The position numbers and the translations under genes are program-made. The notes under the pieces are model-generated. The model did not search any database. It was given only the letters and a program-made list of their open reading frames with translations, and was not told the DNA's origin. 64,000 nt of DNA from Chlamydiota bacterium (GTDB taxonomy: Bacteria > Chlamydiota > Chlamydiia > Chlamydiales > JABDDJ01), in the NCBI GenBank assembly GCA_013287645.1, contig JABDDJ010000006.1:1441-65440 (forward strand). Direction: 5' to 3'. Of this stretch, positions 26,600-36,024 are shown piece after piece. Position 1 is the first letter of the stretch; each line of letters begins with the position of its first letter.

Positions 26600-28045
26600 A
26601 TGCACTATAAACTCTTGGCCTTAGTGCTGTTTTTAGTGGTGTGCGTGGCAGGGGGAGCTTATCTCTATTCTGACCAAACCTCCACATCAACAGACGTAAA
26701 AGATGTAAATAAAGACGTGAATACAGAAGTGGTTCCACCAGTTGTATCACAACCTGCTGAAGTACCGACTGTTCATAAGGAGGACTGTGTTGTCCAGCCT
26801 GGTACAAAGGTTTCAGACTTCTGTGTGAAAATCAAACACGAAGAACAAAAGCCAGTTAACGGGTCCTTGGCTATGGGATCTTCTAGCAGCATGATGTCTG
26901 CAGAAGAAAATAGTCCCGTAGATGTCAATAAAGAACCTGCCAATCCAGTCGTTCCTCAACCCTTGGATGTACCCAAAGGGAATGGTGACGAATGTGTTGT
27001 AAAACCAGGTGAGACAGTTCCAGAACATTGCACTATTAAGAAAGAGGAAATGAAAGGGAATGGAGCTTTGGCCGATGCAACTACTCCTGATGCTAGAAGT
27101 GTTATTCCAACTGTTCCTGTTCCAGTCCCAGTACCTGAACAGAATAGTGTGAACCTACAAAATAGCGAAAATAGCAATACTGTAAATACAATTGTACCTG
27201 CTCCAGTAGTAGTTCCAAATGATCAAAATTCAGATTTGCAAATGGTTCCAGGGTATTTTGAAGCGACTCCTCAACCCGATTTTTTAGCGGTTGTTAGTGA
27301 TGGAAATTCAGCGGTTGTTCCTACTGAAACTGCTTCTCCAGCTGCTCCTGTAACACCTTCTGAAGCTCCAGTAGCGCAGCCTGCTCAACCTGCAGTATCT
27401 CAGCCAGTACCTGCACCAGTGCAAGCTCCTGTTACAACTCCAGCTCCTGTTACAACTCCAGCTCCAATGACACCTCCATCTGTAGTTCAACCCACTGTAA
27501 CGGCTCCACCAGTTGTACAGCCTGCTGCACCAGTACCCGGTGTTCCTCCTGCAGCTGCTACTGAACAAAAGAGTTCAGACAACATCTTTAAAGATGATTT
27601 AAAAGGCTATTCCATTCAATTCCCACTAAAATGGGATGTCAGACAGGGAATGGCTGGTCTGGACGTTGTAGCTATTGCTCCAGTAATGGGACCTGAAGAT
27701 GTATTTAGAAACACTGTTGACGTTGCTTCTCAAGCCTTTAATGATCCTATTGATATGACTACCTTTTATAACAAAGGGGTAAAAATTCTCTCAGAACAAT
27801 TACCTGGATTTAAAATGTTAGGTAATGGAGATGTCACTATTAATGGATTAGGCGCAAAATGGATTGAATTTTCTCAGTCTAGCAATAACCTACAAGCAAA
27901 TGTAAAACAGTACTACATTTTAGCTGAGCAAGGAAGAAAGGCTTATGTCATTACTGGTCTCTCATCACCAGATAAATTTGAGCAATTCAAACCAGTACTT
28001 GAACAAATCGTCCAATCGTTTCACTTAAGTAAAGCTCAAGCTTAA
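26600..28045 (+). CDS. membrane-anchored Pro/Val-rich protein with C-terminal PsbP/DcrB-like domain candidate
   Basis: 481 aa. N-terminal TM segment, two copies of a Cys-bracketed ~30-aa unit, low-complexity PAPVTTPAPVTTPAP linker and a globular C-terminal ~150 aa. Confidence 0.6.
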   Translation: MHYKLLALVLFLVVCVAGGAYLYSDQTSTSTDVKDVNKDVNTEVVPPVVSQPAEVPTVHKEDCVVQPGTKVSDFCVKIKHEEQKPVNGSLAMGSSSSMMSAEENSPVDVNKEPANPVVPQPLDVPKGNGDECVVKPGETVPEHCTIKKEEMKGNGALADATTPDARSVIPTVPVPVPVPEQNSVNLQNSENSNTVNTIVPAPVVVPNDQNSDLQMVPGYFEATPQPDFLAVVSDGNSAVVPTETASPAAPVTPSEAPVAQPAQPAVSQPVPAPVQAPVTTPAPVTTPAPMTPPSVVQPTVTAPPVVQPAAPVPGVPPAAATEQKSSDNIFKDDLKGYSIQFPLKWDVRQGMAGLDVVAIAPVMGPEDVFRNTVDVASQAFNDPIDMTTFYNKGVKILSEQLPGFKMLGNGDVTINGLGAKWIEFSQSSNNLQANVKQYYILAEQGRKAYVITGLSSPDKFEQFKPVLEQIVQSFHLSKAQA

Positions 28046-28063
28046 AGAAGATAAACAAATAAA

Positions 28064-28130
28064 TTAAACGCAAAGACGCAAAGGCGCAAAGAAAAATCTA
28101 ATCTTTGCGCCTTTTGTTCTTTGCGTTTAA
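28064..28130. terminator. bidirectional terminator (long imperfect palindrome)
   Basis: 29-nt arms ttaaacgcaaagacgcaaaggcgcaaaga / tctttgcgccttttgttctttgcgtttaa with a 9-nt loop. It fills the gap between convergent genes and has A/T runs on both sides. Confidence 0.6.
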
Positions 28131-28135
28131 TTTAT

Positions 28136-28876
28136 TTATTGACAGAGGGAGTGTAGTTCTCGTGAGAGCTCTTTCAGAATAACTTTTTGTTTAGGAGTAA
28201 GGTGATGTGAGGCTGCCCGTAGTTCGTTGCAAATACGGCGAAGAGCCAGTATAGCCGACTCTGCAGGCGCTACGCGTCTACGATCTTGTAAAGGCAAGGG
28301 AAACTGCATCCGAATCTGAGTTAAAAGTTCATTTTTAGTTTCGCCATGGTAATTTTCCACAAAGCGTCTCTTTAAGGTAAAATCGCCTTCTCGACTAGCG
28401 AGAGTGTAAATAGCTTGGCGAGGCATGATTTCAAGCTGTGGGCGAAGTGATTGAGGCAGCGCTTGATGGAATTCGTAATAGACTAAGAAGTTATAAGGTG
28501 TTTGTCGATTGCCATAACTTGTCATTAACCAGGCGGTAAACGCTCCGTCGCGATATTTCTTTAAGATCTCTTGAGCTTTTTTAATGCGTTCGCCGTGGAG
28601 GATAGCGGCTTGGTTAGTGATGGCTTTGACTTCCATCGTTAATGACGTAAGTGCTTCTAAATCAGTATTATAGGAATCATTTTTCTTGCTTGGAGAAAAT
28701 TCATCTAGAATGGCTTCTAGCGACGCTTTTTCTCCATGGCTCAACTCTGAAAGGCTAAAAATATTAGCAAAACTATTTAATGTACCATTAGTAGAATGCC
28801 TTGCCATCTCACTCATCTTTGAGATAGCTGGACTCTTCTTCAAGCGTTGAGATAATAGAGCGGTAACATTACTCAT
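28136..28876 (-). CDS. pGP6-D-like protein (chlamydial plasmid-paralogue family)
   Basis: 246 aa. The central blocks VKAITNQAAILHGERIKKAQEIL...FTAWL...PYNFLVYYEF...AIYTLASREGD follow the pattern I recall for C. trachomatis pGP6-D/CT583. It overlaps parA by 4 nt. Confidence 0.6.
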   Translation of the reverse strand: MSNVTALLSQRLKKSPAISKMSEMARHSTNGTLNSFANIFSLSELSHGEKASLEAILDEFSPSKKNDSYNTDLEALTSLTMEVKAITNQAAILHGERIKKAQEILKKYRDGAFTAWLMTSYGNRQTPYNFLVYYEFHQALPQSLRPQLEIMPRQAIYTLASREGDFTLKRRFVENYHGETKNELLTQIRMQFPLPLQDRRRVAPAESAILALRRICNELRAASHHLTPKQKVILKELSRELHSLCQ

Positions 28877-29643
28877 AAAAACCGTTTTAAAAGTTCTGCT
28901 GTCAATTTGCGGTAATCTTCTGCTGCGCGAGCTGTCGGCGATATTTCAAAAATAGGTTTACCATGAATCGATGCTTCGCTAACAGTAATATCTCGCCTTA
29001 CTTTGGTTGTTAATAATTTTTTTGGAAATGTCGATTCGATCACTTCAAGAAATGCCTTATTACTCTTTCCGCGATTATTCCAATAGGAAAGCACAACACC
29101 TGCGATATTCAATGGATGTCTCTCACTTAAACTATGAATAAATTGAGACAATCGCTCCAAACCTTTAATGCTATAAAATTCGGGTGTTGCACAAATCAGA
29201 GTATGCTGAGAAGCTATTAAAGCTGATTCTGTAAGCCAGCAAAGGGAGGGCGGTGTATCAACGATCACAAAATCATAAGGCAAAGGACGCAAGAGCTGGC
29301 GCAATTTTTCATGCGAATATCTGTCTCCTGCCAATGAACCTGTCACTTCAACCCTCTCAAGCCAAGTGTCGGCAGGAATAAGATCTAAACGATCTATTGT
29401 AGTTGATCGTACAACATCTTTTAGAGTTTTTGTGCCTTGAAGCACAGGTGCCAAGCTATCATGTTCGTCAGGATCAAGCCCAAGGCCAGTAGTTAAATTG
29501 GCCTGGGCATCAAAATCGACTAGTAGTACCTTTTTTTTGTGAAACTTGGCCAAAGCAGCTCCACAATGGAGTGCAGTAGATGTTTTGGCAGTTCCTCCTT
29601 TAAAGCTGCTTACAGCTATGACAGTCGCATTTTTCTTTTCCAT
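28873..29643 (-). CDS. parA: ParA/Soj-family partition ATPase
   Basis: 256 aa with the deviant Walker A SSFKGGTAKTS, DFDAQANLT and VIVDTPPS. Confidence 0.9.
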   Translation of the reverse strand: MEKKNATVIAVSSFKGGTAKTSTALHCGAALAKFHKKKVLLVDFDAQANLTTGLGLDPDEHDSLAPVLQGTKTLKDVVRSTTIDRLDLIPADTWLERVEVTGSLAGDRYSHEKLRQLLRPLPYDFVIVDTPPSLCWLTESALIASQHTLICATPEFYSIKGLERLSQFIHSLSERHPLNIAGVVLSYWNNRGKSNKAFLEVIESTFPKKLLTTKVRRDITVSEASIHGKPIFEISPTARAAEDYRKLTAELLKRFL

Positions 29644-29648
29644 GAACC

Positions 29649-31580
29649 CTATTTTTGGTTAGGAGTTGCAAATGAACTTTCTAAACTGCGGTTTTTGCGC
29701 TCTTGATGCAGTTTTGCGATAAGCTCATCGGGATGAATCTCTCCATGGACAATATTATCGCGAGTACGCACATTTAAGGTGCCATTTTCCATCTCTTTAT
29801 CACCGACTGTCAAGATATAATTTACTTGATCGAGCTGAGCTCTGCGTACTTTTTTGCTAACAGACTCATTGTCAGCATCTAGTTCAACATGAAATCCGTG
29901 TTCTTTAAACTGTTTCATCTTCTCTTTTGCATAATCAATATGTCGATCCGCAACGACAAGTAGTCTTATCTGTCTTGGACTAATCCAGAAGGGGAATTTT
30001 CCTGCAAAATGCTCAATCAATATACCGAAGAAGCGTTCAACAGACCCTAGAATTGTTCGATGTATCATAACAGGTCTTTGACGGCTTCCATCTGAAGCTG
30101 TGTATTCTAGATCGAATTTTTCCGGTAGGGCCATATCGAGCTGGATTGTTCCACACTGCCATGTACGATGTAAGGCATCACGAATATGAAAATCTATTTT
30201 TGGACCATAGAAGGCTCCATCGCCAGGATTGATGCGGTAGGGGATTCCACTGGCATCTAATGCTTTTTGAAGGGCTGATGTTGCGCGTTCCCACTCTTCG
30301 TCAGTTCCAATAGTGTTTTTTTCTGGGCGTGTGGAAAGTTCTAAATGATACTGCAGTCCGAAGGTCTTATAAACTTCATCGGCAAATTGAATCGCATTAA
30401 ATATTTCGTTTTGTATATCTTCCGGCTTCATGAAGGTATGAGCATCGTCCTGGTGGAAGCTACGCACCCTAAACAGTCCTGAGAGTGCACCTGAAGGTTC
30501 AAAACGATGGACATTGCCTATCTCAGCTACACGAAGAGGCAGTTCACGATAGCTATGAGGATGAGAACTGTAAAAGAGCATCCCTCCTGGACAGTTCATG
30601 GGCTTGATGGCAAAATCCCGTTCTTCGATATGCGAAGTGAACATGTTTTGGCGGTAATTGCTCCAATGTCCAGACCGTTCCCATAACTCGCGTGTCATCA
30701 AAGCGGGTGTTTTGATTTCGATATAGTCATATTTGTCCAGAAGCTCTCGGTTAAATGCTAGAAGTGTGTTCCAAACAATGATGCCTTTAGGGTGAATAAA
30801 GGGCATGCCTGGGGCCTCTTCTTTTAAAGAAAAGAGATTGAGTTGAGGGCCTAATACTTTATGATCGCGCTTTTTGGCCTCTTCTAGAAAAGTAAAGTAC
30901 TCTTTAAGCTGCTTACGGTCGGGGAAGGTAATTCCATAGATGCGTGTGAGCATGACATTATTGCTGTCTCCTCTCCAGTAAGCTCCGGATATTTTGAGAA
31001 GTTTTAAGGCTTTGACCTTTCCTAGATTGTTAAGGTGGGGACCGCGGCATAAATCAAAAAATTCTCCCTGACGATAGCCTGTAAATTCGGAATCGTCTGA
31101 AATTGCATCGATGATTTCTACTTTATATGGATTATCACCAAACTGTTTTTTGGCCTCTGACTTACTCTTGAAGAGTTCACGGTGGCTTGTATAATTTTCG
31201 TTAACGATCTTTTGCATCTCTTCTTCAATGCGGGCAAAGTCTTCATCAGAAATATGCAAGTTTGCAAAATCGTAGTAAAATCCGGCTTCGATGGGCGGTC
31301 CGATGGTAGGGAGTGCTTCTGGATATAGTCTCAGAATAGCTTGCGCAAGGATATGTGCGCTTGTATGCCAAAATACTTCTTTGCCTTCTGGATCATCAAA
31401 GCTCCATAATTTAACGACATCTCCATCCTTTAATGATGTTGACAAATCGCGTGTCACTCCATTGATAGAGGCTGCTAAGGCTTGATGTGGTGCAGTAAGA
31501 TGTAATTGATCGGCTAAATCTTTAGCACTGCTGCCATCTTTAAGTTCAATTTTTTTATTGTCAGGTAAAACGATCTGCAT
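29649..31580 (-). CDS. thrS: threonyl-tRNA synthetase
   Basis: TGS-domain start MQIVLPDNKKIELKDGS, editing-domain FWHTSAHILAQA, class II core (HRFEPSGALSGLFRVRSFHQDDAH, HRTILGSVERF) and an anticodon-binding C-terminus. The ORF extends to 31649, but Met24 at 31580 matches the usual ThrRS N-terminus. Confidence 0.95.
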   Translation of the reverse strand: MQIVLPDNKKIELKDGSSAKDLADQLHLTAPHQALAASINGVTRDLSTSLKDGDVVKLWSFDDPEGKEVFWHTSAHILAQAILRLYPEALPTIGPPIEAGFYYDFANLHISDEDFARIEEEMQKIVNENYTSHRELFKSKSEAKKQFGDNPYKVEIIDAISDDSEFTGYRQGEFFDLCRGPHLNNLGKVKALKLLKISGAYWRGDSNNVMLTRIYGITFPDRKQLKEYFTFLEEAKKRDHKVLGPQLNLFSLKEEAPGMPFIHPKGIIVWNTLLAFNRELLDKYDYIEIKTPALMTRELWERSGHWSNYRQNMFTSHIEERDFAIKPMNCPGGMLFYSSHPHSYRELPLRVAEIGNVHRFEPSGALSGLFRVRSFHQDDAHTFMKPEDIQNEIFNAIQFADEVYKTFGLQYHLELSTRPEKNTIGTDEEWERATSALQKALDASGIPYRINPGDGAFYGPKIDFHIRDALHRTWQCGTIQLDMALPEKFDLEYTASDGSRQRPVMIHRTILGSVERFFGILIEHFAGKFPFWISPRQIRLLVVADRHIDYAKEKMKQFKEHGFHVELDADNESVSKKVRRAQLDQVNYILTVGDKEMENGTLNVRTRDNIVHGEIHPDELIAKLHQERKNRSLESSFATPNQK

Positions 31581-31869
31581 AGTATTAACCATAATAGTGA
31601 ATCTAAAAGGCGCAATGATACTAAAAAAAAGAAATTGTCGAAAGAGCATTTCGCATTAATGACTCTCCTTCTTCGCGACCTTCGTGTTTAAATAAGTTTT
31701 GCGTAAAATGAGTTAATTAAAAAAATAGATGATGTTATGTGATTGATTGTTAATGATTTAAATTAAAAATTACTAGTGTTAACAATAGAAAGCTCTTGAC
31801 GTATACCTGGAAATTAGGTTATGAATATATAAATTAAAGCAATCGAGATTATCAAAACTTATTCATTTC

Positions 31870-32898
31870 ATGGAGTTAAACATGTATTTGCGCTCTTTAA
31901 TTGTAGGCGCTATGGCGTGCATTTTCGCGCTACAGACACAAACGCCTGCTTGTAGTGAACACACTTTTGTTGGACCTACCGGCCGTATTGTTGCCGCAGC
32001 TCCTACTTGTGGTTATGGTGCCTACAGTGTCCTCGGAGAAGTTGCACCTCGTAACTTTCGTTTAAACGGTACTTTTGCTTACCAAGTCTGTGACAATCAT
32101 TACTTTAAAATTTCTACAGATTGGTTAACTCAAAAATTACGTTATCGCCCTGTGAAGCACAGACATATTTGGGTCCATGAAGAATCTTATGGAGCAGCCT
32201 ACGCCTATACTTGGGACTGTGGAATCCTGAGCACATTAGATGCTAATGTTTACTATAGCCGTGCTCACAATAAAGATTTTAGTGATCTTATCTCCCAATC
32301 CATTGATCCTGTAACGGACGCTGTTGTAACAAGTACATTAAGGCGCCATGTTGCTGGAGCAAGCTTCTGGGGCTTAAGCGCAGGCTTTACAATTGAACCT
32401 ATAGAGTGCACTTCAGTGTCTCTTGCACTTAACTACGACGATGTAGATTACAGAACAAAGTTTCGCTCCTTAGATTCCAAAACAGGTCTTGGCGGTACTC
32501 TTGCTATCCATTATCAATGGTCTGACTGCGTTGGAATAGATTTTTCTGGCTGCTGGCGCAAACCATATGACGATTACCAAGCTGCCATTAACTGGTTCTT
32601 CGAAGGCTGTGGACAGTGTGACCGCTTTGCTCTTGGTATATTCGGGGGCTACACACATGCTAAGTATGGAGTGCCTAACGTTGGAAATGCCGGCCTTCAA
32701 TTAGCTTATTGGGTAGGTGACAACAAAGGTTGCTGTAATAACTCATGCAACTATGATCCTTGCTGCGAGCCATGCAGAGAGTTTGATATTGTAGCATGGG
32801 CTTCCAGACCTGCGGTTTACGATCCAGTGGTTGTAGCAACAAGAGATACATTTACTATTACTACAATCCCAGTACTGCCACCAGCACCAGCACCATAA
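31870..32898 (+). CDS. cysteine-rich outer-membrane protein candidate
   Basis: 342 aa. Signal peptide, 16 Cys including the cluster CCNNSCNYDPCCEPC, and alternating beta-strand-like segments. Confidence 0.6.
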   Translation: MELNMYLRSLIVGAMACIFALQTQTPACSEHTFVGPTGRIVAAAPTCGYGAYSVLGEVAPRNFRLNGTFAYQVCDNHYFKISTDWLTQKLRYRPVKHRHIWVHEESYGAAYAYTWDCGILSTLDANVYYSRAHNKDFSDLISQSIDPVTDAVVTSTLRRHVAGASFWGLSAGFTIEPIECTSVSLALNYDDVDYRTKFRSLDSKTGLGGTLAIHYQWSDCVGIDFSGCWRKPYDDYQAAINWFFEGCGQCDRFALGIFGGYTHAKYGVPNVGNAGLQLAYWVGDNKGCCNNSCNYDPCCEPCREFDIVAWASRPAVYDPVVVATRDTFTITTIPVLPPAPAP

Positions 32899-32929
32899 TT
32901 AACAAATGCGCATCTAGCTGAAAGGTTAG

Positions 32930-35887
32930 ATGCGCTTTTTTTTAATGGATACAGATACAGAACCTCATCCTTTTGATTCCTCGTTTTATTCAGAAGCTTT
33001 CCAATCAGCGATTAAATATTGGAAAAATCGTCTCAAGCAGTCACCAAATCAATTAGAACAACTTGTTGTAGAAGAGTATGGCGATTTAACAAAAAGGTTA
33101 GACCGTTCAGAACTTCAAGATAGTGTTTCTGTAAGAAATGTTTTGCGTTGTCGGGCGATCGCCAATTGTCTTATTGGAGACAATGGAGAGATTCACCTTG
33201 ATCTCTTACCCGAGTTGATTCAGCAATTAAAGGCTCATCTCTATTCAATAGGACCCAATCGACAGCATGATAGTTGTCGTCAGGAGCATCTATTATGCGT
33301 GTTATGCGCACTGCGCGATGATAAGGATCTTGTTCAGCTCTTGCGCAAAATTTCGAAACCCTATTCGCAGAAAAATGCCGATCAACTCATTAGAGATACT
33401 CTAAACCTATCTGCGGGTACAGCTGTTACCGATGCACACACACGTCGAGCTGCATTGAGTGCTTGGTTAACCTATTTACGACAAAATGTGGGGTCATGCT
33501 TTGCAACAGCTCCGGCGATTTTGATTCATGACGCTCAGCCACATGCCTTTTTAGAAGATCTGAATGAATTGTTAGCCACAGGTAGATTGAAGCGCACTTT
33601 TGGAGGTATTGAATACTCTGCTCCTTTAAGCGCTAGTTGGGGATCAGGGGAGTTGCGTAAACCCTGCTTAGTTCCTCGAGAGGAGCGCTTTGGTACGACG
33701 GATTTGTGGCTGTCACCAGGGCTTATGGAAGCCTTTACAGCTGTAGGAATTTTAGATCAGAAGAGTTCCCCGAAAGAGAGAGCATTAGTTATTAAGGATC
33801 TTTTACAGCAGCTCTTTTTAGAATGGGAAGGAACAGATCCCTATATCTTTGTTTCCGCAGAAGAAGTGATTGAGCATATGCTTTTGAAAGAGTTGGGCCT
33901 GACAAAACAAGATCTTATTGATTATGCTAATAGGCCGCGAGAGATCATTCAGGGAGCGCTACTTATGCAAGTTCCTCAATCCGCACAAAGAAGCGGCGGA
34001 AAAGGAGAGCTTTGCGCGCGCTACTATGTGCTTTTTAACCAAGCAACTATAGCTTTTAAACAGTTAGCCGATAATGCTTTATTAAAGTCGTGGGAATATA
34101 CAGTAGCCTCTTTTGCCGAAACAAAGGGGACTTTTTCTCGTTGGAATTTCTACTCTAGCTTGGGCCTTAATCATGATGACAGGGATGGCATTGGACCTTG
34201 TATTTACAAAGCTGTTCAGGATCAGTTAGATAGGCTTAATGCACAAGTCAGAGAATACCAAGAACAATTTGATCAACTCTATGGACAGGTGCGGCATTTA
34301 GAAACGCGTATTCGCCATGTGACATCTGAAAATGAAGGTCAGTGGTTGCGTTCTGAATTGCGTAGTTTAGTTAACGAATTTAAAACTGTGCAGGAGTTAA
34401 GAGATAGTTTTCATTTTAAAGCTCAAAATATGTCGGGCTTATTCAATCTTCTTGTGGAGATTTATGAAGCGCTATTTCCGAAATATTTCCAAGAAGTATA
34501 CGACGCAGATATCCACGAAGTAAGCACTAGCCCCTATGATGATAGTCCTGCTGGCTTTAGATTGGTCTACAAATTTGGTAGATCCAATACATCGCAGTGG
34601 GTACCGATTGGGAATATCAATGAATTTATTGAAGCATTAGTGAGTTTTTTTATAGCCACAGAGACTGAAATAGTCGCATCACCTCATTTTGAAGGGCTAA
34701 AAGATATTCTAGGCAATATCGTTTCGACAATCGTTGGCCATGTGCGTACTAAAGAATTTTTAGAGAGTGCTTTGCATCGCATGGCGGCTGTCCATCATTC
34801 TAGATTGATTAAAAATCCTTTAGAGCATCTTGATAAAGTGGAAAAGAAGCCTTGGGTCTATACATCTGGTGGTAGTATGGAAGCTCTTGTCAGCTGCTAT
34901 TTTGGACTTCTGCAACCGCCAACTAGCTCTACACGTTGGGTAGAAAGTCCTATCGAGCTGCTTGTTTTTCTGATAGATGTCGCTAAACAGATGCCTGCTA
35001 AACAGCAAGCTGCCCTTGCGCGTTCGCGCAAACCGGCTCTGCTAATGCATTCTCCTACGCACGCTTTCTTATTTGCTCCTATGATGCGTTCTTTCCAAGA
35101 CCTTGCCTCTTCTGAATCTTTCACGTACACCTGGGTGAGGGATTCTGTGGTGATTCCTATGCAGCGGTTTGTGGCAAATATCGTTCTTGATGAAGCTAAA
35201 ATGGCCTATTTAATCTCTCTGCTTACTCAAAAAATTCCTTATAATTTCCGCCCTCGCTTCAAAGATGTTTTTGCTAGAATCTACGGCACAATGAGCCCTA
35301 CGGACTTTAGGCAGCATCTTGTCGAAACTATGGAACAAGATAGGGGACTGCTGCATGGCGGTCAGCTTGTTCTCTCTAGGGATGAGATCGATAGTCTTCT
35401 ATATGCTCAAATTCCTCTGATCTCCATATCGCAACTCCATGGCCATGTCGATGCCATCATCGACCTTCTGCCGGGAATTTCTCACGACACTCGTAAAGGG
35501 ATGCTCGACTCTCTCGATCAACTTCTATCCTCTCCTTTTGAAGGAACGGTTATCGGAGCGCAAGGTTTACAAAACATCGTCAAGAGTCTTCTCTGCTCTA
35601 CTCTACAAGCCACTTCTCTACCTTATGATTACCATAAGCATATTGCCATTGCTGCTCAAAAACTGGGATTTGCTATGCCTTCTCCCATCCTTTTTGCTGA
35701 CACAAACTGGATACGAGACTTTTTTGGATTCTCGGTCAATCCGGGAACCGGCGCTTTCGAACTGTGGCGTTACGATGTCAATGGTTCGGAAGGAACCGCT
35801 ATGCGTGCCTGGTCTCAGTGGTTAGATGGTAGTCGTCGTGAACCTCCTTGGGGTATCTATATCAACCCCTACGAGTATCTACGTTAG
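32930..35887 (+). CDS. large conserved-hypothetical-type protein
   Basis: 985-aa ORF with a central coiled-coil-like region (QLDRLNAQVREYQEQFDQLYGQVRHLE). No catalytic motif recognised. Confidence 0.6.
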   Translation: MRFFLMDTDTEPHPFDSSFYSEAFQSAIKYWKNRLKQSPNQLEQLVVEEYGDLTKRLDRSELQDSVSVRNVLRCRAIANCLIGDNGEIHLDLLPELIQQLKAHLYSIGPNRQHDSCRQEHLLCVLCALRDDKDLVQLLRKISKPYSQKNADQLIRDTLNLSAGTAVTDAHTRRAALSAWLTYLRQNVGSCFATAPAILIHDAQPHAFLEDLNELLATGRLKRTFGGIEYSAPLSASWGSGELRKPCLVPREERFGTTDLWLSPGLMEAFTAVGILDQKSSPKERALVIKDLLQQLFLEWEGTDPYIFVSAEEVIEHMLLKELGLTKQDLIDYANRPREIIQGALLMQVPQSAQRSGGKGELCARYYVLFNQATIAFKQLADNALLKSWEYTVASFAETKGTFSRWNFYSSLGLNHDDRDGIGPCIYKAVQDQLDRLNAQVREYQEQFDQLYGQVRHLETRIRHVTSENEGQWLRSELRSLVNEFKTVQELRDSFHFKAQNMSGLFNLLVEIYEALFPKYFQEVYDADIHEVSTSPYDDSPAGFRLVYKFGRSNTSQWVPIGNINEFIEALVSFFIATETEIVASPHFEGLKDILGNIVSTIVGHVRTKEFLESALHRMAAVHHSRLIKNPLEHLDKVEKKPWVYTSGGSMEALVSCYFGLLQPPTSSTRWVESPIELLVFLIDVAKQMPAKQQAALARSRKPALLMHSPTHAFLFAPMMRSFQDLASSESFTYTWVRDSVVIPMQRFVANIVLDEAKMAYLISLLTQKIPYNFRPRFKDVFARIYGTMSPTDFRQHLVETMEQDRGLLHGGQLVLSRDEIDSLLYAQIPLISISQLHGHVDAIIDLLPGISHDTRKGMLDSLDQLLSSPFEGTVIGAQGLQNIVKSLLCSTLQATSLPYDYHKHIAIAAQKLGFAMPSPILFADTNWIRDFFGFSVNPGTGAFELWRYDVNGSEGTAMRAWSQWLDGSRREPPWGIYINPYEYLR

Positions 35888-36024
35888 AATATTTTTGCTT
35901 GACAGTTTCACATAAAAAAGTTAAACATGATCGCGAAATGTAGTATTAAAAGGTGAGATCTCGATAAGCTCTATCTTTTTTTCTCATTACGTCCGTAATT
36001 TTAGCAATACAATGGAGCTTAACA

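Noticed and set aside
31581-31649. A 23-codon hydrophobic N-terminal extension of ThrRS (MLFRQFLFFSIIAPFRFTIMVNT).
   Set aside because: ThrRS proteins start at the TGS domain (MQIVLPDN...). The extension looks like read-through of the upstream AT-rich leader.
35899-35927. Promoter-like hexamers: TTGACA-N17-TAAACA upstream of the porin-like gene, and TTGACG-N18-TATGAA at 31796-31825 upstream of the 342-aa OMP gene.
   Set aside because: The -35 boxes are good but the -10 boxes are weak. In AT-rich intergenic DNA such matches arise by chance, so I do not report them as features without TSS data.
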